Origin: Promethearchaeota archaeon Loki_b32
GTDB lineage: Archaea; Asgardarchaeota; Lokiarchaeia; Sigyniarchaeales; SOKP01
Length of the DNA stretch: 64,000 nt
Direction: 5' to 3'
Assembly (NCBI GenBank): GCA_005223125.1
Contig: NJBH01000003.1
Location: forward strand, 64,001 to 128,000
Below, piece after piece: positions 39,956-49,051 of the stretch. Every line of letters begins with the position of its first letter. The first letter of the stretch is position 1. A program made the position numbers and the translations under genes. Under the pieces are notes generated by a model. That model saw only the letters and a list, made by a program, of their open reading frames with translations. It had not been told where the DNA came from and made no database searches.

Positions 39956-40160
39956 TATTTACTATCTATAATAATTAGAATCAAAATATAAATTTTAATT
40001 TAAAGTCAATATTTATTATTTTTTTCATATTACTCCAAACTTAAATAAATATCTAGACTATTAGAGTTCTCTCATTTTTTAATGTATATTTGTCTTTACA
40101 CATTCTTATGATATTTAACTTGGATTTATTTAAATCTTTAATGATTATTTAAAAAATGAA

Positions 40161-43103
40161 TTAAAAAAGTGTTTTTTGAACACTTGGTTCTGCTTCTTCT
40201 TTCTTTTTATACTCTTTTAAAGTAATTTCTTCATATTCAATACCTAAAGCATCAAACAACTGCTCTAATGCTGATTTCAATAAATTTCTATATTTTTTAA
40301 CATTTAAATCTCTAAAACTAGCCAGATCAAAATCTTTAGCTCCAATACTGTCATTGCTTTTGATAAATTTAATATCATCACCTTTTTGATATTCCTTCCC
40401 TGTTATTTTTTTTAGTTCGTTAGCAGCTCTGACATGTTGCGGTATTGTTTTCTCATAAGATTTAAGAGATTTTTGTAATGTTATATAAATTGCATAGTCT
40501 TCTAAAGGAAATTCATCTTCCTTACCTATTTTTTTTCTATTAGCCTTTATAATTTCGATTATAGATTTTCGGGCTTTTAAAAAATCATCATCTGATTTTA
40601 CATTTTTTAATATATCAATTACTTGTCGAAATACTTTCTTAATAAATTCAGGTGTATTTTTTTTTTTAGCTAAGACTCCTTTCATATCAATGTATTTAGT
40701 ATTTTTATAGATACCAACATAATTTTTCTTTCTTTTAGATAATGCTAGAAATTGATAAGTTTTTTCCTCCTCCAAATCAAGATCTAGTTCATTTTTACTC
40801 CATTCAGATAATTGTCTCATTTGATCTTTTGTTGGATTTCTAAGAAAGACAGAATCTGTATCACCATATAATACTTCTATTCCTAATTCTTCTGATTTTT
40901 TAATTGTCTGTTTAATGGAATATTGTCCTATTGAAGTTGTACTTTCAGCCACCGGAAGGCAAAAAAGAGGAAAATTCTTAGATCCAAAAACACCATATGA
41001 ACCATTAATAAAAACTTTAAGAGCTTGTTGAATCGTTTGATAATAACTTCTTTGTTTTTCTGTTAAATTTTTATCACCAGATTTAGGTTTAAAATATTTT
41101 ACTCTTATATCTCGGAAAAAGCCTACGACATATGCAAAGATTCCCATTTTTTGAGTACATATATAGTAGGGGGTTCCTTTTACAAGATTATCTTCATCAT
41201 CCTTATGTGGACACAAAACTGTTTCATATGATAAATTATATTCCTTGATAATGGAAGGATATAGGCTAGCAAAATCCATAACAACGACATCGAAATGAAT
41301 ACCAGGAACAGGTGGAACAACATATGCCCCAGCAAATGTTTTTCCTTCGATAACAGCTTTTGAATATCCTCCTGTTTTTAATTCTGCAATTTCAGATCTA
41401 CGAGGTATAAGATATTTGTTTCTCCTGTGTTCAAAATAAAAAATATTCTGAATCCATGTAGATATTTGGCGCCTTACAGTTTCATGAATAGGCATTTTAG
41501 TAATTCGGCATAATAATAAAATTAAATTCCATACTAATGAATTATTAAATTTAGTTAATTCTAATGTAAGTATTGAATCTTTTAGATTATACCATGTAAG
41601 TATATCATATTCCATTTCGTGTATTTCTTCTTCATGTTCATATTTTTTTTCTCCCAATAGCGCTTCACTTATTGCGTTTAATGAACTGCTTTCATATGCT
41701 CCACCAAATGCATATCCAGAAATACTTCTATTAAAGAAGAAATTAAAGAGATCAATATGGATTCCTTTTCTTAGATCACAGTCAGATCTTGATAGAAAAC
41801 CAAAGCCTCTCTTAACATGGATGGGATTTAAATCTTTATTTATTTTTAACTTATTTGCTCTATGAAACATATAATTTAAGTCAAAATTATCACCATTGAA
41901 TGTGATAATTACAGGATATTCCCATAAAAGACGAAAGGATTCTGTCAATAATTCCTTTTCGCTTTTAAAGAATATAACTTCTGCATCAGATGGAAATTTT
42001 TTATGAAGTCCACGAAAAGCAAATCCTTCTCGTTCTAGTACATAAACTAATTTTAGTCCATCCGAAGCCACAAATGATATACTGATAATTGCTTGTTTTG
42101 CCTGACGAGGATCTGGAATAACAAAATCTTCTGATCCTATACTTACTTCGATATCCATAGCTAACCGTTTCACATCTGGAATCGGAGTGAGAAATATATC
42201 TAAAAACTTTTCCGAAAATTCTTGGATTTCTGGAGATTCATTTTTAAATAGAGCGCGCAATTCTTTTGCCATTCTCTTTGATTCTTCTGAAACCTCTTCA
42301 AAACTTAACTTTTTGATTTGACCACCCTGAATACTATAAATTAATCCAGGAATTAGTTGTCTATCGAAAATATAGTTTAAGTGATATCTAATGTCTGCTT
42401 CCCAAGCTTTTTTATTATTTTTACTTAAAATATTTCTGATATTTGTACCAGAACCTCCAATATCCGAAGGAGTTTTACCATATATTTTTGTCATCGATAT
42501 TTTTTTATCTTTTAGTAGATCTATTTTCTCTATTTCTTCAAATCTAGTAAAACCTTCATATTCTGTTAATTCTATCATATTTTGTAAATCTGTTAGCGTT
42601 TCCTTACTTAAACAATAAGGTTCATGGTCGGTTGTATCAATCCAAATCTTTATATCATCGGTTTCCAAATCATAAAATTTACAGTATGCTTTATTTTGTC
42701 CACCATCATAGTTAACATCAAGCAATATTCCTCGTTCCATATCTTCAACGATTTCTCCTTTTTCAATAAGGTATCGAATATATGTTGAAGAAACATTTTC
42801 TCGTAAAACCTTGGTTAATCTGATATTTCCTTCTTTTAAGCCAAAAAGTTCATTATTTCCTTTAAAAAATAAATTTGAAGGTATTTCTTTTGTAATTTTC
42901 TCTGCTTTTGGAGTTGGTTCTTTAGTTTTCTCTTCTTTTATAATTTTTGGCTTAGCTTTAGGTTTTTCTTCTTTATATTTTTCAGTCTTTACTACTTTTG
43001 GTGTTTCTGGGGATTTTACTTTTTTCTGCTCTTTATCGCTAACAAAGGAAAAAAGCGAGGTTTGTTCCTTATCATTTAGTTTTTTCTTTTTTGGAGGTGG
43101 CAT
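40161..43103 (-). CDS. polB: family B DNA polymerase (PolB1-like)
   Basis: Exo DIEV, FNGDNFD; pol DFASLYPSII, KVFINGSYG, YGDTDS, KKNY; N-terminal DVNYDG...DTTDHEPYCL as in B1 group. Confidence 0.97.
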   Translation of the reverse strand: MPPPKKKKLNDKEQTSLFSFVSDKEQKKVKSPETPKVVKTEKYKEEKPKAKPKIIKEEKTKEPTPKAEKITKEIPSNLFFKGNNELFGLKEGNIRLTKVLRENVSSTYIRYLIEKGEIVEDMERGILLDVNYDGGQNKAYCKFYDLETDDIKIWIDTTDHEPYCLSKETLTDLQNMIELTEYEGFTRFEEIEKIDLLKDKKISMTKIYGKTPSDIGGSGTNIRNILSKNNKKAWEADIRYHLNYIFDRQLIPGLIYSIQGGQIKKLSFEEVSEESKRMAKELRALFKNESPEIQEFSEKFLDIFLTPIPDVKRLAMDIEVSIGSEDFVIPDPRQAKQAIISISFVASDGLKLVYVLEREGFAFRGLHKKFPSDAEVIFFKSEKELLTESFRLLWEYPVIITFNGDNFDLNYMFHRANKLKINKDLNPIHVKRGFGFLSRSDCDLRKGIHIDLFNFFFNRSISGYAFGGAYESSSLNAISEALLGEKKYEHEEEIHEMEYDILTWYNLKDSILTLELTKFNNSLVWNLILLLCRITKMPIHETVRRQISTWIQNIFYFEHRRNKYLIPRRSEIAELKTGGYSKAVIEGKTFAGAYVVPPVPGIHFDVVVMDFASLYPSIIKEYNLSYETVLCPHKDDEDNLVKGTPYYICTQKMGIFAYVVGFFRDIRVKYFKPKSGDKNLTEKQRSYYQTIQQALKVFINGSYGVFGSKNFPLFCLPVAESTTSIGQYSIKQTIKKSEELGIEVLYGDTDSVFLRNPTKDQMRQLSEWSKNELDLDLEEEKTYQFLALSKRKKNYVGIYKNTKYIDMKGVLAKKKNTPEFIKKVFRQVIDILKNVKSDDDFLKARKSIIEIIKANRKKIGKEDEFPLEDYAIYITLQKSLKSYEKTIPQHVRAANELKKITGKEYQKGDDIKFIKSNDSIGAKDFDLASFRDLNVKKYRNLLKSALEQLFDALGIEYEEITLKEYKKKEEAEPSVQKTLF

Positions 43104-43264
43104 AAATTTCAGTTAAAAATAATATTTTAGGTCTAATAATGTATATTATAATATTTTTTATAATACCCACTATTCCTTCTTTAATATTTCATTTACTACT
43201 CCAAAGTGAAGTATTTATGCAAAGAAAAGAGATTAAGCTAATTATTTTATATGAGAATGTGGTA

Positions 43265-43612
43265 TCAGCTGTTATTTTCGATTATTTTTTTTATTTCTTC
43301 CAAAAGGAGTTGCTTCTCAGCGATATACCATTCTATTTGGCTTCGGGAGGGATTTTCATGATAAATAATCTCAGCAACCTTCCTAATTTCATCTTCGGAA
43401 GGATGAATCAATTGTCCATTAACATCATCTCTTATTAAAAGGATTAAGTTATCTGTTTCTAATGGTTTGATATCATATCCATCTTTGGCGTTATTATTAA
43501 TCGTAACGCAAAGTTCGGCAAGTCTCCAAACAGACTTCTCTACGCCTTTATTCTCTTTATAAATCTTGAATGCCAATTTAGTTACATCTTCTTTTGTAAA
43601 CATTTTACTCAA
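43265..43612 (-). CDS. small protein with two DUF2934-like helical repeats
   Basis: TKEDVTKLAFKIY...WRLAE and SEDEIRKVAEIIY...WYIAE. Confidence 0.65.
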   Translation of the reverse strand: MSKMFTKEDVTKLAFKIYKENKGVEKSVWRLAELCVTINNNAKDGYDIKPLETDNLILLIRDDVNGQLIHPSEDEIRKVAEIIYHENPSRSQIEWYIAEKQLLLEEIKKIIENNS

Positions 43613-43769
43613 TTAGAAGTCTAATTTAAATTAAAATTAATAATAAGGTAATTGATTAACAAAAAGAAAAGTACACTTTTAACTATTTGTGTTGATTTTT
43701 TAACGCGTCTAAAACCACAAAATTAAAAATTTATACTAGTTTCATATAAAATAGTTATTATAATAAAAT

Positions 43770-43874
43770 GCCTCCGTGGCTTAAAAATAATGATTAGCGC
43801 TTTATTTGGCAAAGCGGTATAGCGGCAGACTTGTAATCTGCAGGTCGTGGGTTCAAGTCCCACCGGGGGCTCCA
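43770..43874 (+). tRNA. tRNA-Thr(UGU) with 30-nt intron at 14/15 (43784..43813), CCA encoded
   Basis: Acceptor GCCTCCG/CGGGGGC, anticodon arm GCAGA-CTTGTAA-TCTGC, T arm GTGGG-TTCAAGT-CCCAC, T73-CCA; removing the insert restores D arm GCTT-AGCGGTA-TAGC. Confidence 0.92.
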
Positions 43875-43886
43875 TTATTATTTATC

Positions 43887-45005
43887 TTAAAGTTCTTTTT
43901 CCAAATTTTGATTACTTAGATAGTGATAAATCAATTCAGCTGCTTGCTCAATACCATCTAAGGTGCTGATCTCAGGAACATTGTGAGCAAACATAGTAGG
44001 TATCCCTACCAAGGCTGATGGGATTCCAAGCCATTTTTGGGTTTTTCCTGCATCAGAACCATAAAATTCTAATACACCATCTTGGTATTTTATATTATTT
44101 TGTTCTGCTACTTCAACTAAGGTTTTACATAAATTATAATCTAAAACACCACTACCACTTAGTTCTTGCCATATAATTACTGGTCCATCATTTAATTTAA
44201 TATCAGTACTTACCGTTCCTGGAAAATTCTCGACTAATCCTATATCAACTGCTATGATTTCATCAATGGGATTACTTCTAGCAAAAAATAACGATCCTTC
44301 TGTTCCTATCTCCTCTCTTGAAGTTGCAACAATGTACAAGTCATATGGGATTTTTAAATTTCCTGATTCATCTAATAGATTATTCACAATTTTATCTGAC
44401 AATAAAATTAAGGCAGTTAAGGCGACTAAGTTATCCATTGAATATCCTTCAATAATGTTATCATTAAACTTCTCATTTAAAAGTTCAAAATCTCCAGAGA
44501 ATACAAAGGGCGCGCCAATATGAATCTTATATTTGTTAATTACTTCTTCTTTATCTTGAGCCCCAATAAATATCTCCATTTCATATAATTCAAATTTCTC
44601 TTCTCCTCTTAATTTTGGGGGAGTCGCGTGAGGGGATCTTCCTCCAATAACACCATTTATCCATTTTCCTTCCTTATTTAATACAGATATTTTTCGTGAG
44701 ACAAGCCATCTACCTTCATACCCACCTCTTTTTGAGAACTCTAATGTTCCACTTTTTTTAATTTTTCTAATAGTTCCACCAATTTCATCTAAATGTGCAA
44801 GAATAGCAATAGCTTTTTTACTAGATTTTCCTTTAAATTTAACATAATAATTACTCAGAGAATCTGTGTTAACTTTGATGTTCTTATCAGTAAGAATTTT
44901 CTCTAATTCCGTTTTAAATAGTTCACCGCGAGCTCTTTCTAATCCTGAAGGTGCTCTTGCTGATGAAAATGTTTTAATTATCCTAAAGATCTCCTTTTTA
45001 TCCAA
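43887..45005 (-). CDS. M42 family aminopeptidase (TET/glutamyl aminopeptidase-like)
   Basis: APSGLE, AHLDEIG, SMDN, REEIG, AVDIG, GSDAG, MFAH. Confidence 0.9.
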   Translation of the reverse strand: MDKKEIFRIIKTFSSARAPSGLERARGELFKTELEKILTDKNIKVNTDSLSNYYVKFKGKSSKKAIAILAHLDEIGGTIRKIKKSGTLEFSKRGGYEGRWLVSRKISVLNKEGKWINGVIGGRSPHATPPKLRGEEKFELYEMEIFIGAQDKEEVINKYKIHIGAPFVFSGDFELLNEKFNDNIIEGYSMDNLVALTALILLSDKIVNNLLDESGNLKIPYDLYIVATSREEIGTEGSLFFARSNPIDEIIAVDIGLVENFPGTVSTDIKLNDGPVIIWQELSGSGVLDYNLCKTLVEVAEQNNIKYQDGVLEFYGSDAGKTQKWLGIPSALVGIPTMFAHNVPEISTLDGIEQAAELIYHYLSNQNLEKEL

Positions 45006-45269
45006 AATTTATCACTCTATATACTTAAATTAATGAACTTACTAACTTCAATAATATTACAAACTTGATTAAATATTTGAATCTTGCTCAATAGGATCAC
45101 TAAAATTGGCATGTTCAGAAGAATTCGGTATCAAAGATTTAAAATAATTTATAATTTTGAGTATCCTATGTAAATATAAGACAAAAGTTATAGAAAAAAA
45201 GTTTGAATTTGCAACTATTATGAGGAGATACTGAAACAGATTTAGAATTAAAAAGGATAATAGAAAAAA

Positions 45270-46412
45270 ATGAAAGAATTTACCTTAAGAAGAAAAAACT
45301 CTAAAAAAGAAATAATCGAATTAATGAAACAAAAAGAATTAAGCAATCAATTAGAAGGAGTTGGTAAACTAATTGAAGAAGAACGATATACTGAAGCGAA
45401 AGATAAATTAGAGGTTATCATTAGGGAAGCTAAACGAAATAATTTAAATATAATTCTTAACATTGCTCAAGATTATTACAAATTTTGCAAAAATCCCATT
45501 AAAGGAAAGTTCAAAAGGAAAGAGATTCAATCAGAGTTGGAACTTCCCAAAATTAGTAAAAAAGCAAGATTTAATCATGAGAAAACCCCCAAAATACCAG
45601 AAATTAAAATACAAGTTGACTTATCAGGAAAAGAACTAGAACAACATAAAATTCAAGATGGATTGTTATACCTTTATATAAAGCTAGGCAAGAATGATGC
45701 AATCATCAAATTAATCTTGGAAAGTTTACGAAAGAGTAAAAACATAGTTTCATTAGCAGAAGATCAGTCATTAAAAGTATTGATTAAGTATTTCAAAAAT
45801 CCTTTAAATGTAAAGAACTCTCCCTTACTTGGGCAATTCATAACTCTAATCAATAAAATAAAAAAAATAGAGAGAGCTCCGCAAGTAATACTTCATGTAG
45901 CAAGAAGAGAAATACCGGTAAACTCATTTAAATTCTTGAAGAAACAATTCAACTCTACTTTCCAATTATTCAGGTATATTTTAAAGGGGTATTTCTCTCA
46001 AAACGAGCAAGACCTTCTACAACGAATCGTTACTTACATGGAGCTTGTTCTTGATTATTGGGAATATGAATTATGGGGTGTTGATGAATATTTGAGTGAA
46101 TCTGTTTTTAAGGGAGGGGTATATCCTGACACTAACGTAAAGCAGTACGTGGAAGATGCGTTGAATGATGCGTATTGTGATATTAAAATCGCACCCCATG
46201 CGCTTGAAGGTCCTTATAGTGGTGAATTCAAATTCAGTATAAATTTTGATAAAATCATCGCTGATGGAATGCTTTATGTTAAATTATTTAAAGATTTCAT
46301 GAGAGGGAGTTTCACTGAAGAAACTAACACTCTAATAATGGGAGAAATAAGAAAATACGATGCACGACATCATCCTATCAAATCACAACAATGGTACTCA
46401 AAAAATTTGTAG
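45270..46412 (+). CDS. hypothetical protein
   Basis: 380-aa ORF, no motif recognised. Confidence 0.7.
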   Translation: MKEFTLRRKNSKKEIIELMKQKELSNQLEGVGKLIEEERYTEAKDKLEVIIREAKRNNLNIILNIAQDYYKFCKNPIKGKFKRKEIQSELELPKISKKARFNHEKTPKIPEIKIQVDLSGKELEQHKIQDGLLYLYIKLGKNDAIIKLILESLRKSKNIVSLAEDQSLKVLIKYFKNPLNVKNSPLLGQFITLINKIKKIERAPQVILHVARREIPVNSFKFLKKQFNSTFQLFRYILKGYFSQNEQDLLQRIVTYMELVLDYWEYELWGVDEYLSESVFKGGVYPDTNVKQYVEDALNDAYCDIKIAPHALEGPYSGEFKFSINFDKIIADGMLYVKLFKDFMRGSFTEETNTLIMGEIRKYDARHHPIKSQQWYSKNL

Positions 46413-46448
46413 AAAGTTGTCTAAAACAAGAGCTTAATAATTATAAAA

Positions 46449-46511
46449 ATGAAAGATTTCAAGGTTAACGAGTACATCACCATGAAGTGGAAGGTGGAAA
46501 GACCAACATTT
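46449..46511 (+). pseudogene. frameshifted N-terminal stub resembling lokiarchaeal LRR-protein leaders
   Basis: MKDFKVNEYITMK then, after a 1-nt shift, EGGKTNI; resembles the (recalled) FKVNEYITLKLE..KTNIYV start. Confidence 0.45.
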
Positions 46512-46594
46512 CAATAAAATTGGTATTTTATAATATCATTTATTAATTTCGAAGAATATGTAAATATATACTGAATTGTGAGTGGTGACATTTA

Positions 46595-48166
46595 ATAAAT
46601 AAGATCAACAGAGTCATTCTTTGCGTCATCGACGACGTAAGAGCCGAGCACTTTTTTGATTTCATCAACAGGGGGTTACTACCTAATTTAAAAAAATTAA
46701 TGGAAAATGGAATTTATTCAGAAAATTGTATAACTGATTTTCCTCCTATTACTTACCCCACACAAGTATCGTTAATAACAGGAACGTATACTGGGGATAA
46801 TAGGAAGGAGTTATGTCATGGGGTTCCCCTCCTAAATTGGATGGGTCGAGATTGGGCACCACCAATGTTGAGAGAATATGCCGCTAAAGATTTACAAATT
46901 TACAAAATTAATAATGATATGGGAAATAATTGCCAGACAATTCTTGAAATGGTAGGAGACGGGAATACAGCGAGTATAGCACAGTTTATTAATAGAGGTT
47001 CAGACTACATTTTTCCAGAGAGAAAGACAAAACTCGCTATGTTCTATCTTCTCATGAAATACCTCCCGAATGTCAAAAGAAGAATGATTAGAGCTAATTC
47101 AGTTATTGCACAAAAATTAATAGAGGTTTTTGAAAAACCAAGAAAATTTTTTGATAATGCAGAGCCTCCTATTGCTTCTTTACTATGGTTTATCTCATCA
47201 GATTTATTAATGCATAAGTTTGGTTTTGATTCACATATATATAAATTGAATTTACTACACATTGATAAAGTAATAGGAGTTTTAATTGATAACTTAAAAA
47301 GAATGGGCTATTTAGATGATACCGCTATTGTAGTTAGTTCCGATCATGGAAATTATAAAGCCAATGAGTTTGGAAATTTAGGCAACTTTTTTAGGAAAAG
47401 GGGTTTAACTAATTATCATCCTCTAAGGAATTTAAGAGGAAATATGGATCTTGCTTATTACTCAGGAGGAGGTTTTTTTAATTTTAAAGGTAATAATGAT
47501 TTAGGATTTAAAAATAGCTGGCCTCATCCTACTCTTAAAGAACTTAAGAGTTATGGGGCAAAAAATGTAAATCTATTAGAAGACCTATTTTATATCAAGG
47601 GAAGTCGTTCAATGTATTATAGAGACGATAATAATACATTTAATAAAGGGATAATTCATCTTAAAAGAAAAAGTAAAGATTCGGAAAAAATAATTACAGG
47701 AAGGATTGAGTATGAGGGTATTGGAACAGAATATAAAACGCGATATACCACTGATGATCATGATGATATATTCAATTTTATAAATGATATTAAAGCAAGT
47801 CGATTGTTAGATAATAGATTTCATTCAACTCAAGAATGGTTAGAGGGAACATATCATCTAGATTACCCCATACATCCCGATTTAATACCTCGTCATTTCA
47901 AAAATCCTAGAGGCTCTGATATAATTTTAAGCAATGATGAGACGATAAAATTTGGCATCCATCATGGTAAACAGAAAAGTAAAAATCTTTATGATCATGA
48001 TTTAGGCTTGCGGAAATGTATGGCTGTTCCATTAATAATAGGAGGGTCTTTAGAGATTCCTTCTAAACATGTTCCTTGTTGTAAAATTACTGATATTGTT
48101 CCAACCTTATTAAAATTTCTAGGAAAAACACCACATAAGAGTGTAATTGGTAGAATTTTGCTATAA
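46595..48166 (+). CDS. alkaline phosphatase superfamily, nucleotide pyrophosphatase/phosphodiesterase (start extended to ATA)
   Basis: Extension has RVILCVIDDVRA...LPNLKKL; then FPPITYP, SDLLMH, SSDHG, DHD, ITDIVPTLL. Confidence 0.88.
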   Translation: MNKINRVILCVIDDVRAEHFFDFINRGLLPNLKKLMENGIYSENCITDFPPITYPTQVSLITGTYTGDNRKELCHGVPLLNWMGRDWAPPMLREYAAKDLQIYKINNDMGNNCQTILEMVGDGNTASIAQFINRGSDYIFPERKTKLAMFYLLMKYLPNVKRRMIRANSVIAQKLIEVFEKPRKFFDNAEPPIASLLWFISSDLLMHKFGFDSHIYKLNLLHIDKVIGVLIDNLKRMGYLDDTAIVVSSDHGNYKANEFGNLGNFFRKRGLTNYHPLRNLRGNMDLAYYSGGGFFNFKGNNDLGFKNSWPHPTLKELKSYGAKNVNLLEDLFYIKGSRSMYYRDDNNTFNKGIIHLKRKSKDSEKIITGRIEYEGIGTEYKTRYTTDDHDDIFNFINDIKASRLLDNRFHSTQEWLEGTYHLDYPIHPDLIPRHFKNPRGSDIILSNDETIKFGIHHGKQKSKNLYDHDLGLRKCMAVPLIIGGSLEIPSKHVPCCKITDIVPTLLKFLGKTPHKSVIGRILL

Positions 48167-48190
48167 TTGAGTATTCTAAGATATTTTTTT

Positions 48191-48350
48191 CTATATAGTA
48201 TATATAGTGTATATAGTAAAACTATTCAAGGAGTACGCAAATACATAATTTCAAGTAAAATCATTAATAAAAGATGTTTAAAGGTTAATATAATAATAAC
48301 AAAATTAAATTACTTATAGAAATTTAATAGAAATATAGAAGACTATATAG
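48191..48350. promoter_or_regulatory. cluster of (C)TATATAG motifs upstream of the DUF47-pit-DUF47 operon
   Basis: TATATAG at 48192, 48201, 48210 (9-bp period) and CTATATAG at 48343. Confidence 0.6.
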
Positions 48351-48362
48351 AACGAAATATTA

Positions 48363-49031
48363 TTGAAAATGAAAGAAATTGAAGATAAGGAACTGAAAAA
48401 GCTCAGTATTGATAATCTAACACATTTATTTATGGATAACATAAATGAGCAGAATCTAAAACTTATAGAAGGGATTGAATTTCTTGTTCAAGAGGATTTT
48501 GATAAATTCAAAAAAAATTTGAATTATGTAATAGAAACTAATACCGAAGTTCAAATAAAGAAAAAATTTGAATCAAAAATATTCAAATCAAAATTAATGT
48601 TCTCCAAAGCAGATAGATTAAAATTATTCAATAAAATTAATGGTATCAAAAATATTGGGGAATTTATAGCAAATAAAATGCTTCTATATAAAGCTGTTTT
48701 CCCTGATGAGCAATTTAAGCATCATATCCTAAGTATACTGGAGTCATTAAAAAATATTTCTAACGATTTATCGAAAGCGGTGAAATTAATTGGATCTGAT
48801 CTTAGTAAAGCTCACGATATTTGTGAAGAAATAAAAGATGAAAGAAGAAAAATGAGAAACGAGGAATGGCAACTATTAAATCGCCTTTATAATTATGATA
48901 TGGATTATATATCTCGAACATTCATATATCTGAAAGAATTAATTGAAGATATAATGATGTTGGCTGATCATATTAAAAATTTCTCTGAGTATATCCAGTT
49001 TCTTGCGACTAAATATCTAATCTTTGATTAA
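48363..49031 (+). CDS. DUF47/PhoU-like phosphate transport regulator, divergent
   Basis: Helical; FSKADRLKL, IKDERRKMR, IEDIMMLADH; first gene of pit operon. Confidence 0.7.
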   Translation: MKMKEIEDKELKKLSIDNLTHLFMDNINEQNLKLIEGIEFLVQEDFDKFKKNLNYVIETNTEVQIKKKFESKIFKSKLMFSKADRLKLFNKINGIKNIGEFIANKMLLYKAVFPDEQFKHHILSILESLKNISNDLSKAVKLIGSDLSKAHDICEEIKDERRKMRNEEWQLLNRLYNYDMDYISRTFIYLKELIEDIMMLADHIKNFSEYIQFLATKYLIFD

Positions 49032-49051
49032 AAAAAAAGTCAAGAATTAAT

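Larger units (their letters stand above)
37812..40550 (-). mobile_element. integrase-less islet: replacement polB tail plus two cargo genes
   Basis: Bracketed by two diverged copies of the polB 3' end; right boundary is a minimum estimate. Confidence 0.6.

Noticed and set aside
43074-43103. PolB N-terminus MPPPKKKK resembles an SV40-type nuclear localisation signal
   Set aside because: Lys runs are common in this AT-rich proteome; no support beyond resemblance.
40161-43103. Intein or split-polymerase explanation for the polB arrangement
   Set aside because: All motifs are contiguous, no intein signatures, and the full gene already contains the region the orphan duplicates.
43770-43874. tRNA as attachment site for the polB islet
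   Set aside because: I saw no duplicate of the tRNA 3' end and no integrase; the islet is bounded by polB sequence instead.
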